DNA of 64,000 bases from Candidatus Neptunichlamydia sp. (GCA_965233865.1 OZ247587.1:1152001-1216000), one strand, 5' to 3'; positions 10,828-21,866 are shown, numbered from the stretch's first letter. Numbers and translations: made by a program. Notes: generated by a model from the letters alone, not told the origin.

Positions 10828-13594
10828 CGAGCATCTCCAATAACGGGTGGAAGGTTTTTCGAAGGAAAGGCGCCCACGTTTCAAAAATGACTGCAGGATC
10901 ACAATCTTTGAAGAGAGTTTTCATATAGGGATCGATCTGAGCGCTTTTGATTCGAGCGGCTAGGGATTTTACGTCTTTTCTTAACAGAGAGTCAGCGAGA
11001 AGCGGATGCAATGGGGAGGGGCTTTGTTGAGCAATATCATAGTACTCAAGATAGGCATCAAATGCCTTTTTAGGGTCAGATTTTAATGTAAAGCGGTCTC
11101 TATTCTTCAGGGAGATTAAAGGAGTCTCAGCTTTTAGGGACTCAAGAAGGTAAAGGGGATAGATTTTGATTAGGTCCGAGAAAAAATCTTTTCCTAAAAA
11201 AGTAAACCCTTCTTCTATCTCAGGTTTGTAGTCTTCTGTAATCTTTTTTTTGGCGATCTCTTTGAATCGCCCAAGAGGAAGATGTCCCCTTTCCTCAGCC
11301 TCTTTCAGAGATTCTTTAGCGGAAAGAAGGCGATGTTTTTGGAGAGGAGAAAGAAAAAATTCCGAGTCGGTAAGGTCTTCGTAGTGAAGGTAGAGGTTGA
11401 GCGTTTGGTTACAATAAAATCGCAGAGGATGTTTAGAAAACCGGGAAAGCTCTTCTTTTGTTGGCACATAACTGTGTGTGACGCTGGGGAGGGTTGCTGG
11501 AAATAAAAACTCAGGAACAAAGGGGTGTTTCTTTTTTTTTTCATAAAAGGCTTGCGCTGTTTCAAAATGCTTTTTGGAATACACTCCTTTCTTTTTAAAG
11601 TAGGAATGATGAAAGGGAAAGGGTGGGTGTTTTTCTACCATCGGATCAAGTTCTTGAACCACAAGAGAGGGAGACTGCTCTTTCCCATCTTCCTCGCTGC
11701 TGTTTTGGTAGGTTATGAAAAGATTTTCCTCTGCGGCGCAAATTGCTTCTAAAAAGAGATAGCGGTCTTCATCTGGCGTAGAAGGGTTGTAGTCCCCGTT
11801 ATTAGCGAGAAGGTTGAGGGATGAGGAAGTATGAAGACGAGGAAACGCCCCTTCATGCATTCCTAAAAGGGCAATGGTATGGGAAGAAAAAAGCGTTCCA
11901 GGTTTTAAGCTGCGGAAGGTAATCGCCTCGAGCTGCTTGGCGGAGCGGACTCCTTTCTTTTGTTTAAGGCTGCTTTGAAGATACCGCTTGATACTAGAAA
12001 AATTATAGGAAGCATCTAGCTGCTTTAAGAGAAGGATTTTTTCCTGAATAGGAGCAAGTTCCTCTTCAGAGGGATCGAGATAACGATTGAAGAGAAAGAG
12101 GAGCTTCTCGCACCAATCGGTAGCTGTGTACTCTGCAGAAAACAAGGTGTCGAGGTCAGATCGAAGAAAGCGTATAAGACAGATCCCTTTTCCAAGAACC
12201 ACGCTATCTGCGCAATCGAGATAAGGAAGGTCCCAATCTGTTGGTTGAGTGGGGAGGAAGAGTAGGTTGTTTAAGAGATGATCAAAAGCCTCTTCCCACG
12301 TTCCATTTTCGGAAGTATCAAGAAGGCCAGGGAGGAGCTTTTTTCGATGAGAGCTATCCACCCCCCACTTAACTCCCGATTTGTCTATCCAACTTTTAAA
12401 CTCTTTTACCTCTTTGTCTGAAAGAGCCGCAAAATAAGGGCTTGAAAAAAGTTTAAAGATACTCTCTGGATCAAAACGGTGCTCGTTAAGAGTAAGGAGA
12501 TCTAAGAAGGCTTGGAGAAGGGGCTGCTGAGAAAGGTCGCGAATGGTGAAATCAAAGGGAGATTCATCGGACCCAAAAACGAGTTCTATTAGGGGTGCAT
12601 AGGTGGAAATATCAGGAGCAAAAACTTGGATCTCTGAAGGTGGACAACGCAAAGAAAGGAGCTTTGTATAAAGAATTTCTACTTCACGCAGTTTAGAAGA
12701 GGCAGGAAGGAGGAGAATGGAGGCGTCTTGTTCTACAGATCCTTTTCTAAAATGAAGCATGTCATTTTGCAGATGAGAAAGTTTGGTTTGAGGAGTCGTT
12801 TCAATGTAGTAATCCTCTAAAACAAAATCTTCTTCTTCAAAAATACGGAAGGTTTCTCTCCCCATGCGCCCCAAGTTTTTAAGGAGAGAATGCCCTTCTT
12901 CCAGATAGAGGGAAAGCTGGGGGTCTTTTTCTAAAAGGTGGATTTTTTCGACTTCACTGACGGTATCAGACCAAAACTCTCTGCAGGGAGAGAACTGGTA
13001 GTAATAGATGGGGAAGTACTTCGCGAGTTTAGCAAAGAAGAGGTGATAAAGCTTAGGCAGAAAAGGGAAATTAAAAAGATGAATCTCGGCAGTTTCGGAA
13101 GATTTTCTTAAAGGGGTTTCTAAAAGCTGATAGGGATAATTCCATTTTGTCGTGATCTGATCCCAAAGCTCTTTTTGCCACCCATTGCTCCAGTTCTTTA
13201 AAAAGGCCCCCCCATACTTTCCGTATTTAATGAACTCTTTAGCAAGGGCAGGTGCAAAATGGGGTTTATCAAGAAGCGCTTCAAGATGGAGCGTTAGGAG
13301 GTCTTGAGGAGGGAAAAGGAGTCTTTTTCCTGTTGTCCATTGATAGAGTGTAGAAACTCCCCGTCCAAGTTCTAGAAAGTCAATCCCAAGAACAACATCC
13401 AGTTTATCACCGGCAACAAATGAAGATAGAAGAGGGGTTTTTAGAGAGGAGTTAGGAAGAAAGACAAACTTTTTTGCAAAAGGTTTGCTCTCTTTAGAAA
13501 AGAGGTTACCGCGCAGATGTGATGTAAGCACTTTTTCTTTATTGCTTAAGTATACAGTTGGCTTTCCGATCATCAGACTTTCTTTTAACAACAT
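10814..13594 (-). CDS. recC: Exodeoxyribonuclease V gamma subunit
   Basis: FSPCREFWSD, LREVEILY and EDRYLFLEA motifs; directly upstream of recB. Confidence 0.92.
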   Translation of the reverse strand: MLLKESLMIGKPTVYLSNKEKVLTSHLRGNLFSKESKPFAKKFVFLPNSSLKTPLLSSFVAGDKLDVVLGIDFLELGRGVSTLYQWTTGKRLLFPPQDLLTLHLEALLDKPHFAPALAKEFIKYGKYGGAFLKNWSNGWQKELWDQITTKWNYPYQLLETPLRKSSETAEIHLFNFPFLPKLYHLFFAKLAKYFPIYYYQFSPCREFWSDTVSEVEKIHLLEKDPQLSLYLEEGHSLLKNLGRMGRETFRIFEEEDFVLEDYYIETTPQTKLSHLQNDMLHFRKGSVEQDASILLLPASSKLREVEILYTKLLSLRCPPSEIQVFAPDISTYAPLIELVFGSDESPFDFTIRDLSQQPLLQAFLDLLTLNEHRFDPESIFKLFSSPYFAALSDKEVKEFKSWIDKSGVKWGVDSSHRKKLLPGLLDTSENGTWEEAFDHLLNNLLFLPTQPTDWDLPYLDCADSVVLGKGICLIRFLRSDLDTLFSAEYTATDWCEKLLFLFNRYLDPSEEELAPIQEKILLLKQLDASYNFSSIKRYLQSSLKQKKGVRSAKQLEAITFRSLKPGTLFSSHTIALLGMHEGAFPRLHTSSSLNLLANNGDYNPSTPDEDRYLFLEAICAAEENLFITYQNSSEEDGKEQSPSLVVQELDPMVEKHPPFPFHHSYFKKKGVYSKKHFETAQAFYEKKKKHPFVPEFLFPATLPSVTHSYVPTKEELSRFSKHPLRFYCNQTLNLYLHYEDLTDSEFFLSPLQKHRLLSAKESLKEAEERGHLPLGRFKEIAKKKITEDYKPEIEEGFTFLGKDFFSDLIKIYPLYLLESLKAETPLISLKNRDRFTLKSDPKKAFDAYLEYYDIAQQSPSPLHPLLADSLLRKDVKSLAARIKSAQIDPYMKTLFKDCDPAVIFETWAPFLRKTFHPLLEMLDEKV

Positions 13595-13603
13595 TTAACA
13601 GTT

Positions 13604-15394
13604 ATGTTAATGGGTATGGTTTTATTTAAGAAGAAGAATGAAAAACAGGGCTTTTTTCAAACGATTGAAACTGTCCTTCACCGTTTTAGATTTTTCAAAA
13701 AAGAAACCTATTTTCAGCGCCATGCAATCCAGTTTTTGAACCTTGCTCAGTTTCTTGGCGTTGTAAATGACAATTTTTTTAAGTACCTCATTGTCTTTTT
13801 ATTTATCGACCTCAAAGGGATTGAATCCTCTCCCATTATTTTAACATGGGTGGGCATTGTTTATGTTCTCCCCTTTCTCCTTTTCTCATCGGGAGCAGGT
13901 GTTCTTGCTGATCGATTTAGCAAACAGCGAATGATTATTATTCTCAAATTTACTGAGTTAATTATCATGGCCCTAGGGGTTCTTGCCTTTATGTTTAAAA
14001 GCGGTTGGGCAAGTTATACTCTTCTCTTTTTGCTTTCGATGCAAAGTGCCTTTTTTAGCCCGCCTAAGTATAGTGTCATCCCCGAATTGGTGAAAGAGGA
14101 ACACATCCCCAAAGCAAATGGTTTAATTACCTCCTTTACTTATTTAGGAATCATCGTCGGAACCTTTCTAGCGTCGTTTTTAACGCAAGTGACCCATAAG
14201 AACTTCCCTCTAACTGCTGGTGTTTGTCTAATTTTAGCAGGATTTGGCTTCTTAGCTTCTATCTTGATTCCGAAAACAACCCCAAAACTTTCACAGAAGC
14301 GTGTCAACCCATTTTTTCTCTATGAAATTTACAAGAATCTGAGCTACGCATCAAAAAACCCTTATTTATTTGTTACAATCTTAGGTTCCGCTTCATTTTT
14401 ATTTATTGGGGCCTATTTCCAACTCAATATCATTCCCTACGCTGTACAGTCGATGGGATACACTGAAGTTGCAGGAGGATATTTATTTCTCCTCACCTCA
14501 TTAGGAATTGCTTGTGGGGCCTTTCTAGGCGGTAGGATGAGTCATCAGCGCCCTGAGGTGGATATGGCATGTATCTCGGGGATTCTTCTTTCTACAATCA
14601 TCGTTCTCCTTGGCGTGCTGTATCATTTCCCCATCTTTATCTTCATTGCACTCCTTGCATTAGGGGTATTTGGAGGGCTATTTATTGTTCCATTCGATTC
14701 ATTTATTCAACAGCATGCTCCAGAGAAGCGGCGAGGACAAATTGTGGCTGCAATGAACTTTCTCAGTTTTTGCGGCGTCCTTGTTGCACCAATTCTCCTT
14801 TTTCTGTTCAGTGAAACTTTTAAGTTTACAGCTGCAGAAGGGTTCATTATCACAGGCGTAATTATTTTTGTGATGGTAATCAGCATTACATCAAGACTCT
14901 CTGGCTACTTTTTTAATTACTTAGCCCGGATGTTTATTAAACCGCTCTACAGAGTAGATATTAAAGACTCTCCCCTTGATCAAAGGCTCCCCTCCGCCTT
15001 GATCTGGGAAAAAATTAAGGGGATCCATATCGCTCTTCTTGCAGCCTTTAATCCGGAGCTGCATTTCTATATTCCCCGCTCCCGCAAACGGTATATCGAT
15101 TCATTTCTCAGACTTTTTTCTTCTGTCGACTTCCTCTATGTCAAAGACCCAAGGCAGGATGCCCTCAAAACATTTGTAAAAAAAGTGAAAAAGACAGAAC
15201 ATCAAATTCCTTGTCTTCTTTTTCCCTTTCCAAAATCTCTTGAAGAGAAGTCTTCAAAAAAGTTAGTTCAAAAGCTAAAAAAGATTAGGGATTTTGATTT
15301 GGTCTTCGTGAAAATTAGAAAAATTTCGAGAAAGGATCAGATCGGTCGAAAGCATTTTAAACGAGCAAAGATAACCTTTACATTTTCGAGATAA
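13604..15394 (+). CDS. MFS transporter (LplT/Aas-like lysophospholipid transporter) with C-terminal soluble domain
   Basis: QFLGVVNDNFFK, GVLADRFSK and FFSPPKYS motifs. Confidence 0.85.
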   Translation: MLMGMVLFKKKNEKQGFFQTIETVLHRFRFFKKETYFQRHAIQFLNLAQFLGVVNDNFFKYLIVFLFIDLKGIESSPIILTWVGIVYVLPFLLFSSGAGVLADRFSKQRMIIILKFTELIIMALGVLAFMFKSGWASYTLLFLLSMQSAFFSPPKYSVIPELVKEEHIPKANGLITSFTYLGIIVGTFLASFLTQVTHKNFPLTAGVCLILAGFGFLASILIPKTTPKLSQKRVNPFFLYEIYKNLSYASKNPYLFVTILGSASFLFIGAYFQLNIIPYAVQSMGYTEVAGGYLFLLTSLGIACGAFLGGRMSHQRPEVDMACISGILLSTIIVLLGVLYHFPIFIFIALLALGVFGGLFIVPFDSFIQQHAPEKRRGQIVAAMNFLSFCGVLVAPILLFLFSETFKFTAAEGFIITGVIIFVMVISITSRLSGYFFNYLARMFIKPLYRVDIKDSPLDQRLPSALIWEKIKGIHIALLAAFNPELHFYIPRSRKRYIDSFLRLFSSVDFLYVKDPRQDALKTFVKKVKKTEHQIPCLLFPFPKSLEEKSSKKLVQKLKKIRDFDLVFVKIRKISRKDQIGRKHFKRAKITFTFSR

Positions 15395-15424
15395 GTTCAA
15401 ATAGCAACTGCAATTTCTTGCATA

Positions 15425-15448
15425 CGAGCCTTACAACAATAAGGCTCG
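15425..15448. terminator. Hairpin between convergent genes
   Basis: cgagcctta-caacaa-taaggctcg, 9-bp stem. Confidence 0.5.
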
Positions 15449-15483
15449 ATTCCTCTCTATACTGCACTAGGCAGTGTACCTAG

Positions 15484-16710
15484 TTAGAATCCATAGATAA
15501 TCTCGAATTCATATTGCTTATAGGAAAAGGTTGGTTTAATACTGGAGGTTTCATTCACAGATTGCCTCCACGCTTGATAAACAGTAATGTTATTGGTGAG
15601 GAGATAGAGCAGCTCGATTGAAATTCCCTTATAATTCCCTGCACCAACACCTTCCCCTACGCCATTTGCAGCACCAATCCCTTTATTGAATCGCGTGTAA
15701 AGCCCCCGTTTAGCAGCATTTCCGCGGCCGATTCCACCACCATCAAAGTCAGGAATTGCCTGCAGCTGCACCCACTGATAGTTGATGTCAAAAGACCAGT
15801 CCCAGGGTTTGCGAAGCTCTCCAACGGAACATCCTGCATACCAAGCCCATGCTTGCTGCTTTCCGTTGGAAACCACTGTACCATGAGCACGAGGGTTATA
15901 AAGCCCAGCGGCATACGTAGTCACAATTTTATTGATGCGCCCTGGAATAAATTTATATCCCCAAATCCATTGGATTGGAATAAAACGAAAGGCATCATTC
16001 AGGGCTTTGTTAGTGGAGTGTTTGGTATCCCAGCAGACAGCTGAAAGTTTTGTATAAAGACCGGTTCGTCCTATATTTAGAAGACCAAATTCCCCAACAT
16101 AAGCATATTGGTCGATATTTTCATTTACGAGGAAGGGCCCACCATGGAAATAAAAATTTCCTGCAGCATTAAATGCTTGATTATACTTATAGAGGATCCC
16201 ATCCATGAAGGAGCTAAACTGAATCTTCGAATCAAAGGTATATCCCAAAAGGCGGCGGCCAATCTCAAGGTCCATCGTATAGGTGTCTGCATTTATAATG
16301 CGCCCTCCTAAAAAGGCTCTCTCAACAGAGAGTTTATCAAAGGATCCAGTCGTCGTCCCCGCGTTGTTGTCAAACTCAATCTTAACAGTTGCCCAAGTGT
16401 GATCGGTTCGGTAATCGAGCATCAGGTTGACTTCAACGTCCCATGCATGCATCGCCGAAGGCTGAACTTCTCCCCCTATTCCTCGCTGTTTAATACCATT
16501 TTTCTTTTCGTTTGTCGATTGGAGTTCAGCGCGCACCTCCCCGCTGATGGAAAGGTTTCCCCCCCGTTCTTTAACAGTCACTTGTCGTTTAGTCTTGATC
16601 CAATCGCGAAGTGCTTCAATGTCTCGTTGTTCTAAACCCGGACTTCCGTCGTCGATCGCAAAGGCTGTTGTCGTTAGGAAAAGTAGAAAGAATTTTAGGT
16701 ATCTCATCAT
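15484..16710 (-). CDS. Chlamydial outer-membrane beta-barrel protein (CT623/76-kDa-homolog-like)
   Basis: Signal peptide, amphipathic strands, C-terminal YEFEIIYGF signature. Confidence 0.7.
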   Translation of the reverse strand: MMRYLKFFLLFLTTTAFAIDDGSPGLEQRDIEALRDWIKTKRQVTVKERGGNLSISGEVRAELQSTNEKKNGIKQRGIGGEVQPSAMHAWDVEVNLMLDYRTDHTWATVKIEFDNNAGTTTGSFDKLSVERAFLGGRIINADTYTMDLEIGRRLLGYTFDSKIQFSSFMDGILYKYNQAFNAAGNFYFHGGPFLVNENIDQYAYVGEFGLLNIGRTGLYTKLSAVCWDTKHSTNKALNDAFRFIPIQWIWGYKFIPGRINKIVTTYAAGLYNPRAHGTVVSNGKQQAWAWYAGCSVGELRKPWDWSFDINYQWVQLQAIPDFDGGGIGRGNAAKRGLYTRFNKGIGAANGVGEGVGAGNYKGISIELLYLLTNNITVYQAWRQSVNETSSIKPTFSYKQYEFEIIYGF

Positions 16711-16759
16711 TGTTTTTTCTCAGTGAATTTGAGTAAGCAGTGTATCGAATCAGGAATTT

Positions 16760-16990
16760 TTATTCAATAAACATCCACGATGAGGGGAGATCTTCCTTTC
16801 TGGGAGGAAGTTTTTCTAAAATGACTTGCTGAATTTGGGGAAGTACTTCGCGCGCTGTTTCTCTTCCATGGTTGTAGATTTCTTGGTTATATTGATCGGA
16901 AAATATTCCTAAATCGTGGAAGTTCATCTGAATTACTCCATTGGCATTTCGGGTCACATACTCTGACAGTCTTCGATAAGAAATTTCCAA
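16760..16990 (-). pseudogene. Short ORF, possibly the C-terminal remnant of a patatin-like protein
   Basis: DLGIFSDQYNQEIYNHGRETAREVLPQI resembles patatin C-termini; no ATG start and an in-frame stop just upstream. Confidence 0.35.
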
Positions 16991-17042
16991 GCTGCTGAAC
17001 TCCTCGACTTGTAGGCGAGGCGTTGTTTAGTTACGTCAACGA

Positions 17043-17819
17043 TTAAAACTTGATTTCTGCTATTAAAGTGATGGATTGTTCATCGATAAGGCGTGCTTCT
17101 ACAGTGGCTCCGAAGCGATTTCCTGATGAAAGTGTGGTTCCAATTACCATGCCAAACTTTCGTCGATTTTTTGTTTTAAAATGGCAACCGGTTGGAAGGA
17201 ATCCAGGAGGAAGGTGCTTAAATATTGCACCAGCACTGGACCATTTAGCCCCTATATAGGGGCTAAACATATCGATTTGATACGATGCTCCAAGCCCAAT
17301 TTGCCACTCATGAAATACAACCTTAGAGCCTGCTTTTGGATTAACAAGCACCCCATTTGAAGTGATCCACTTTATATTGGGCTGCGCCCGCTGGTAACAC
17401 CCATTGATTCCAAAAGAAAGGCCTTTCCAATCATAAAAATTTCCCCGAAGGCCGGCTCCCCACATAAACTGATCATGCGTTTGGTATTCTTGGCGCAGAC
17501 CAGATCCAGAAAGGCGATTAGATGCAGAAATGCACCCTGCCCCTGCTGAGCCATACAGCTCAATCCGGTTGATAAGATTTACCGTGAGTACACCTTGGTC
17601 TGCAACATATTCAAACGTATCAAGGCACCCCGAAATCCTTGAAACCGCTTTCATATTCCGATCAAAAACCCAATCTCTTTGATACCCTGCTTTCACAGCA
17701 AACCAATTTTCTTTGCAAAAGAAAAAACCCTCCTCAATGCTCTGAGGAGCAGAGGGGTTTCCCATGTAAAGACTCAAAAGAGGTTTTGTTAAAATGAGGA
17801 GGAAAATCCATTTCTTCAT
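17043..17819 (-). CDS. Chlamydial MOMP/PorB-family porin
   Basis: Signal peptide then LYMGNPSAP (compare MOMP LPVGNPAEP); EWQIG, PYIG and EARLIDE motifs; terminal F. Confidence 0.85.
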   Translation of the reverse strand: MKKWIFLLILTKPLLSLYMGNPSAPQSIEEGFFFCKENWFAVKAGYQRDWVFDRNMKAVSRISGCLDTFEYVADQGVLTVNLINRIELYGSAGAGCISASNRLSGSGLRQEYQTHDQFMWGAGLRGNFYDWKGLSFGINGCYQRAQPNIKWITSNGVLVNPKAGSKVVFHEWQIGLGASYQIDMFSPYIGAKWSSAGAIFKHLPPGFLPTGCHFKTKNRRKFGMVIGTTLSSGNRFGATVEARLIDEQSITLIAEIKF

Positions 17820-17927
17820 ATTGGCAGATCATAAAAAAAATGAATTGTTATTGCAACTAGAACCTTAAAGAGCCCGAGAGTGGAATAGCTTTTCCCCAAC
17901 CACACAAGACTCTAATTTGTTTCCTTA

Positions 17928-19562
17928 TTATGTCGACTTCATTTTTTCTACAGTACGAATTTCATGACCTAAGCGGCCCAGTTCATATCCCTCGTAGTCA
18001 ACAAATTTAAAAAAGCGTTCGTATTCTGGAAAGGCATGAGAAACTTGCTTTGCCATTTCCTGAGCAACATAGCGATACATGGGGTGTCCCGCAGGAGAAG
18101 ACCTGAGTTCACACATCCACTGCAAAGCGCGCAGGTTAATATGAAAATACCAATGGATGTTATAAGCCATCGGGACTACGTATTGCGCTTCTTCGGGAAG
18201 CTCACCTGAAATCTCATCATAAACTTCTCTTGCTCTTTCCATTGCTTCTCGGTAGTCTTTTTCCATTTCAGTATCGAGGATTTCTTTAGGAACATAATAG
18301 CCATGGTTACAGGTAAGAAATTGTCTTTCTTGAGTGAGTGTACGATGGCGCTGAAGATCGCGATAAATTCCATAATCAGCAACAATCTCGAAAGTAAACT
18401 CTGCATGTTCTAATGCCCGAGGGGATTTATGACGACGATTTTGTCTAAAAGCAGAAGCGGCATCAAAAATTCGAGACAGATCCTCCTTTGAAAGCTTCTT
18501 GCACATCTCCTGAAGCTCCATCAAACCACAATCAGATTGGTTAAATAGCAAGGCAGCCGCAACTTTAATAGGGCTCTCCTGATCAAAGTTTACAAGACGA
18601 ACTATCGGCTGGTTTAAGGGCTGGATCGAACCAGTATACTGGTCCCTCATCATGGCAATTTCTTCATTCATCTTTTCATGAAACTCTGCGTATGCATTTT
18701 GGTGTTTGTGGCTCAGATCAGCCCGCCGGACAAAGGAAGGAATCACTTTCGAGAGTTCTTGATGAGAGGTCCTGGCAACTTCCTGAAGTTCGGTTAAGTT
18801 GTGGCAGTTAAGCTTTTGAATGAGTGTTTCAAAAAAACGCCCATTCCCATAAACACCCATATTTGTCAGAGCACTTGCTGGAAGAAGCCCTCTCAAACAA
18901 TCAAGCACTTTAGCTCTTAAGGCTGCAGTATAAGCCACCTTGGAAACATCGTGCTCTTTGGGAAATTCTTTTTCCATCTGCTCTGTTAATGGAGGAATAA
19001 GCTTGCCATAAATTTCAAAGAGGTGGTTACACATATCGACAAAGCGGTCACGATAGGCAGAAGTCATTAAGATAGGTTCCCTATAAAATAGGTATTCCCC
19101 TTCGTATTTCTGATCAAAATAGATGTAACGTGTCGATTTTTCTAGAGGAGATCCCCCAAGCCGAGAGTCTTCAATAATTTTTGCAGCAATCATCGAAACA
19201 TTTTCAATGGCAAGATGCGCTCCTCCAAGTTCCCCAATAGAGTCATCTCCGTACCCATCAAGGATACGGTCATAAAAATTTTGCGCTTTCTTAATCGCTA
19301 TGCTCTGATCTTCAAGCTCATTGTCAAATTTGTCCTCTTTCTGACCAGAAATAGTCAAAAATTCCGTTTCTTCGTTCAAAATAAATTCTTTCAAAAGAAG
19401 AGAGCGCAAACCTAGGCTTGATCTTGAATAACGGGAAAAAAGGGCGCCTTTAATAACCTCTGGGAGGTTACGGAGACAAAAAATATGACTGGATGTACTC
19501 GTCACATATTTTTTGATGATTTTTAGCTGTGATTCACTAAATTCCTCATAATCATTCAACAT
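17928..19562 (-). CDS. thyX: FAD-dependent thymidylate synthase (chlamydial duplicated-domain type)
   Basis: YGDDSIGELGG, EKSTRY and RDLQRHR motifs. Confidence 0.93.
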   Translation of the reverse strand: MLNDYEEFSESQLKIIKKYVTSTSSHIFCLRNLPEVIKGALFSRYSRSSLGLRSLLLKEFILNEETEFLTISGQKEDKFDNELEDQSIAIKKAQNFYDRILDGYGDDSIGELGGAHLAIENVSMIAAKIIEDSRLGGSPLEKSTRYIYFDQKYEGEYLFYREPILMTSAYRDRFVDMCNHLFEIYGKLIPPLTEQMEKEFPKEHDVSKVAYTAALRAKVLDCLRGLLPASALTNMGVYGNGRFFETLIQKLNCHNLTELQEVARTSHQELSKVIPSFVRRADLSHKHQNAYAEFHEKMNEEIAMMRDQYTGSIQPLNQPIVRLVNFDQESPIKVAAALLFNQSDCGLMELQEMCKKLSKEDLSRIFDAASAFRQNRRHKSPRALEHAEFTFEIVADYGIYRDLQRHRTLTQERQFLTCNHGYYVPKEILDTEMEKDYREAMERAREVYDEISGELPEEAQYVVPMAYNIHWYFHINLRALQWMCELRSSPAGHPMYRYVAQEMAKQVSHAFPEYERFFKFVDYEGYELGRLGHEIRTVEKMKST

Positions 19563-19701
19563 GCGGGAGCTCCAAGGTTGCACGTATCCAAAAAAAAAGA
19601 GTCTATCTTTTTCTCCTTTTTTTGGTAACCTTTTTCAAAACCCACATTTTGCATCGGAGGTGCTAGATGCAGATGGATAGCAACTCGGCAAAAGGTAAAG
19701 T

Positions 19702-20961
19702 ATGAAGGTCGTAATTATAGGTGGTGGAATTGTCGGACTCGCTACGGCTCACGCTTTAATAGAAAAGTTTCCGGATTTTGGAATAACACTTCTAGAAAAA
19801 GAGCCAACGCTAGCTGCTCATCAAACCGGAAACAATAGTGGAGTAGTCCACTCCGGGATCTATTACAAACCGGAATCGCTGAAAGCAAAAAACTGCTTGG
19901 ACGGGAAGAAGAAACTTCTAGAGTTTTGCAATAAACATGACGTTCCCTATGAGCAGCGCAAAAAGGTTTTAATTGCAACGCAGGAGAAGGAACTTCCGAC
20001 ACTTAAAGAACTCAAACGACGGGGAGATGCAAACGGCATAAAGGTCGAAGAAATCTCATCTGAAGAACTTAAAGAGATAGAACCCCACGCCGCAGGCCTC
20101 AAGGCGCTCTTCGTTCCAGAATGTCAAATCATCGACTATAAGCAGGTCGCTATGGCCCTTGCAAAAAACTTCGAAAAAAAAGGTGGAGTTATTCGAACAA
20201 ATGAACAGGTGGAGCACCTCCACTTTTCTTTTCCCCGGTGGATTATCGAAACAAGTCAAAAAACAGAAAGGTGCGATTTTGTGATTAACTGCGCAGGCCT
20301 TTACTCTGATAGAATTGCTAGAATGGCTCTCCCCGATAGAAAAATCTCTTGTCAAATTCTCCCCTTCCGAGGAGAGCACTATATTCTGAAAAAGAATTCT
20401 CTGGTCAAGGGCTTGATCTATCCTGTTCCAAACCTTAAACTTCCTTTCTTGGGAGTTCACCTGACACATATGATCGATGGAAGGGCGGAAGCTGGGCCTA
20501 ATGTTGTTCTTGCTACAGCTCGAGAAGGGTATAGAAAGTCAAATTTTGTGATGCATGAGTTTGCAGAAACAATGTCATACCCTGGTTTTTGGAAGCTCAG
20601 CATGAAATATTGGAAAACAGGAATGTATGAAATGTATCGTTCGGTAAGCAAAAAAGCATTCACAAAAAGCATACAGAGGCTTGTTCCTGAAATTCAAGCA
20701 GAGGACCTAATGGATGGTGGAAGAGGTGTTCGTGCACAAGCCATTCGTCCTGATGGAAAGTTAGTTGATGATTTTCTCATTTTGCAAGATGAAAATTCGC
20801 TGCATATCCTTAATGCACCTTCTTCTGCTGCAACATCTTCGCTTTCTATTGGCCAAATTATTGTTGGGATGCTAGACTTCGCAGAATGCTCCCACAGACA
20901 AAGTACAACATTGCAAAAAGACCCCGTAGAAACAGAGCCTCCGCTGCAATCCGTGCCTTGA
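19702..20961 (+). CDS. lhgO: L-2-hydroxyglutarate oxidase
   Basis: GGGIVGLATA, HQTGNNSGVVHSGIYY, PFLGVHLT and GVRAQA motifs. Confidence 0.92.
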   Translation: MKVVIIGGGIVGLATAHALIEKFPDFGITLLEKEPTLAAHQTGNNSGVVHSGIYYKPESLKAKNCLDGKKKLLEFCNKHDVPYEQRKKVLIATQEKELPTLKELKRRGDANGIKVEEISSEELKEIEPHAAGLKALFVPECQIIDYKQVAMALAKNFEKKGGVIRTNEQVEHLHFSFPRWIIETSQKTERCDFVINCAGLYSDRIARMALPDRKISCQILPFRGEHYILKKNSLVKGLIYPVPNLKLPFLGVHLTHMIDGRAEAGPNVVLATAREGYRKSNFVMHEFAETMSYPGFWKLSMKYWKTGMYEMYRSVSKKAFTKSIQRLVPEIQAEDLMDGGRGVRAQAIRPDGKLVDDFLILQDENSLHILNAPSSAATSSLSIGQIIVGMLDFAECSHRQSTTLQKDPVETEPPLQSVP

Positions 20962-21866
20962 GCGCTGAAACAGTCTTGTGTGCTTCAGACTTAATCGTTC
21001 CATTCTTCATAGTTGAAGGGAAGGGGGCTAGGGAACCTATTGAATCAATGCCAGGGATCTACCGCCTTTCAATAGACCTCTTAATGAAGGAGGCGGGGGT
21101 TCTCCACGCCCAGGGAATCCCAGCAGTTGCCCTATTCCCGGCAATCGACTCCTTATTAAAGGATGAAGAAGGAAGTGAAGGGTGGAATCCAGACTCTTTA
21201 ATCACGCGAGCAATTCAAGCTCTTAAAAAAGAGATTCCTGGCTTGTGCGTAATTGCGGATGTGGCTCTTGATCCCTTTACATCTCATGGGCATGATGGAA
21301 TCATTAGCAACGGTCTAGTTGATAATGATTTAACCTTAGAGTCCCTTATTAAACAGGCGCTTTGTTACTCAGAGGCAGGGTGTGATATTGTGGCACCAAG
21401 CGACATGATGGATGGCCGCATTGGAGTCATTCGAAAAGCTCTAGACGACAAGGTAGGAATTCTCTCATATACAGCTAAGTATGCTTCAGCATTTTATGGC
21501 CCCTTTCGCGATGCGATTGGAACAAGTTTATCTTTTGGAGACAAAAAAACCTACCAGATGAATCCAGCCAATCGGCGTGAAGCACTGCGCGAAGCCCTTC
21601 TAGATGAGGAAGAAGGAGCAGATATGCTAATGGTTAAGCCTGCTCTCCCCTATCTTGATGTTTTAATGGAGATTAAGAAAAAAACCTCTCTCCCTGTTGG
21701 AGCTTATCATGTTAGTGGAGAATATGCGATGGTGATGGCCGCTGCTAAAAAAGGTTACCTCAATGCAGAGCAAACTCTCTACGAATCGCTTATCTCAATA
21801 AAACGAGCGGGTGCTGACTTCATTTTCACCTACGCTGCACCTCAGGTCCTCGCTTTACTAAATTAA
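20886..21866 (+). CDS. hemB: Porphobilinogen synthase
   Basis: RPRRNR, DVALDPFTSHGHDG, PSDMMDGR and MVKPA motifs. Confidence 0.97.
   Translation: MLPQTKYNIAKRPRRNRASAAIRALSAETVLCASDLIVPFFIVEGKGAREPIESMPGIYRLSIDLLMKEAGVLHAQGIPAVALFPAIDSLLKDEEGSEGWNPDSLITRAIQALKKEIPGLCVIADVALDPFTSHGHDGIISNGLVDNDLTLESLIKQALCYSEAGCDIVAPSDMMDGRIGVIRKALDDKVGILSYTAKYASAFYGPFRDAIGTSLSFGDKKTYQMNPANRREALREALLDEEEGADMLMVKPALPYLDVLMEIKKKTSLPVGAYHVSGEYAMVMAAAKKGYLNAEQTLYESLISIKRAGADFIFTYAAPQVLALLN

Noticed and set aside
19584..19701. Small hairpin upstream of lhgO as a riboswitch
   Set aside because: 5-bp stem only; no recognisable aptamer consensus
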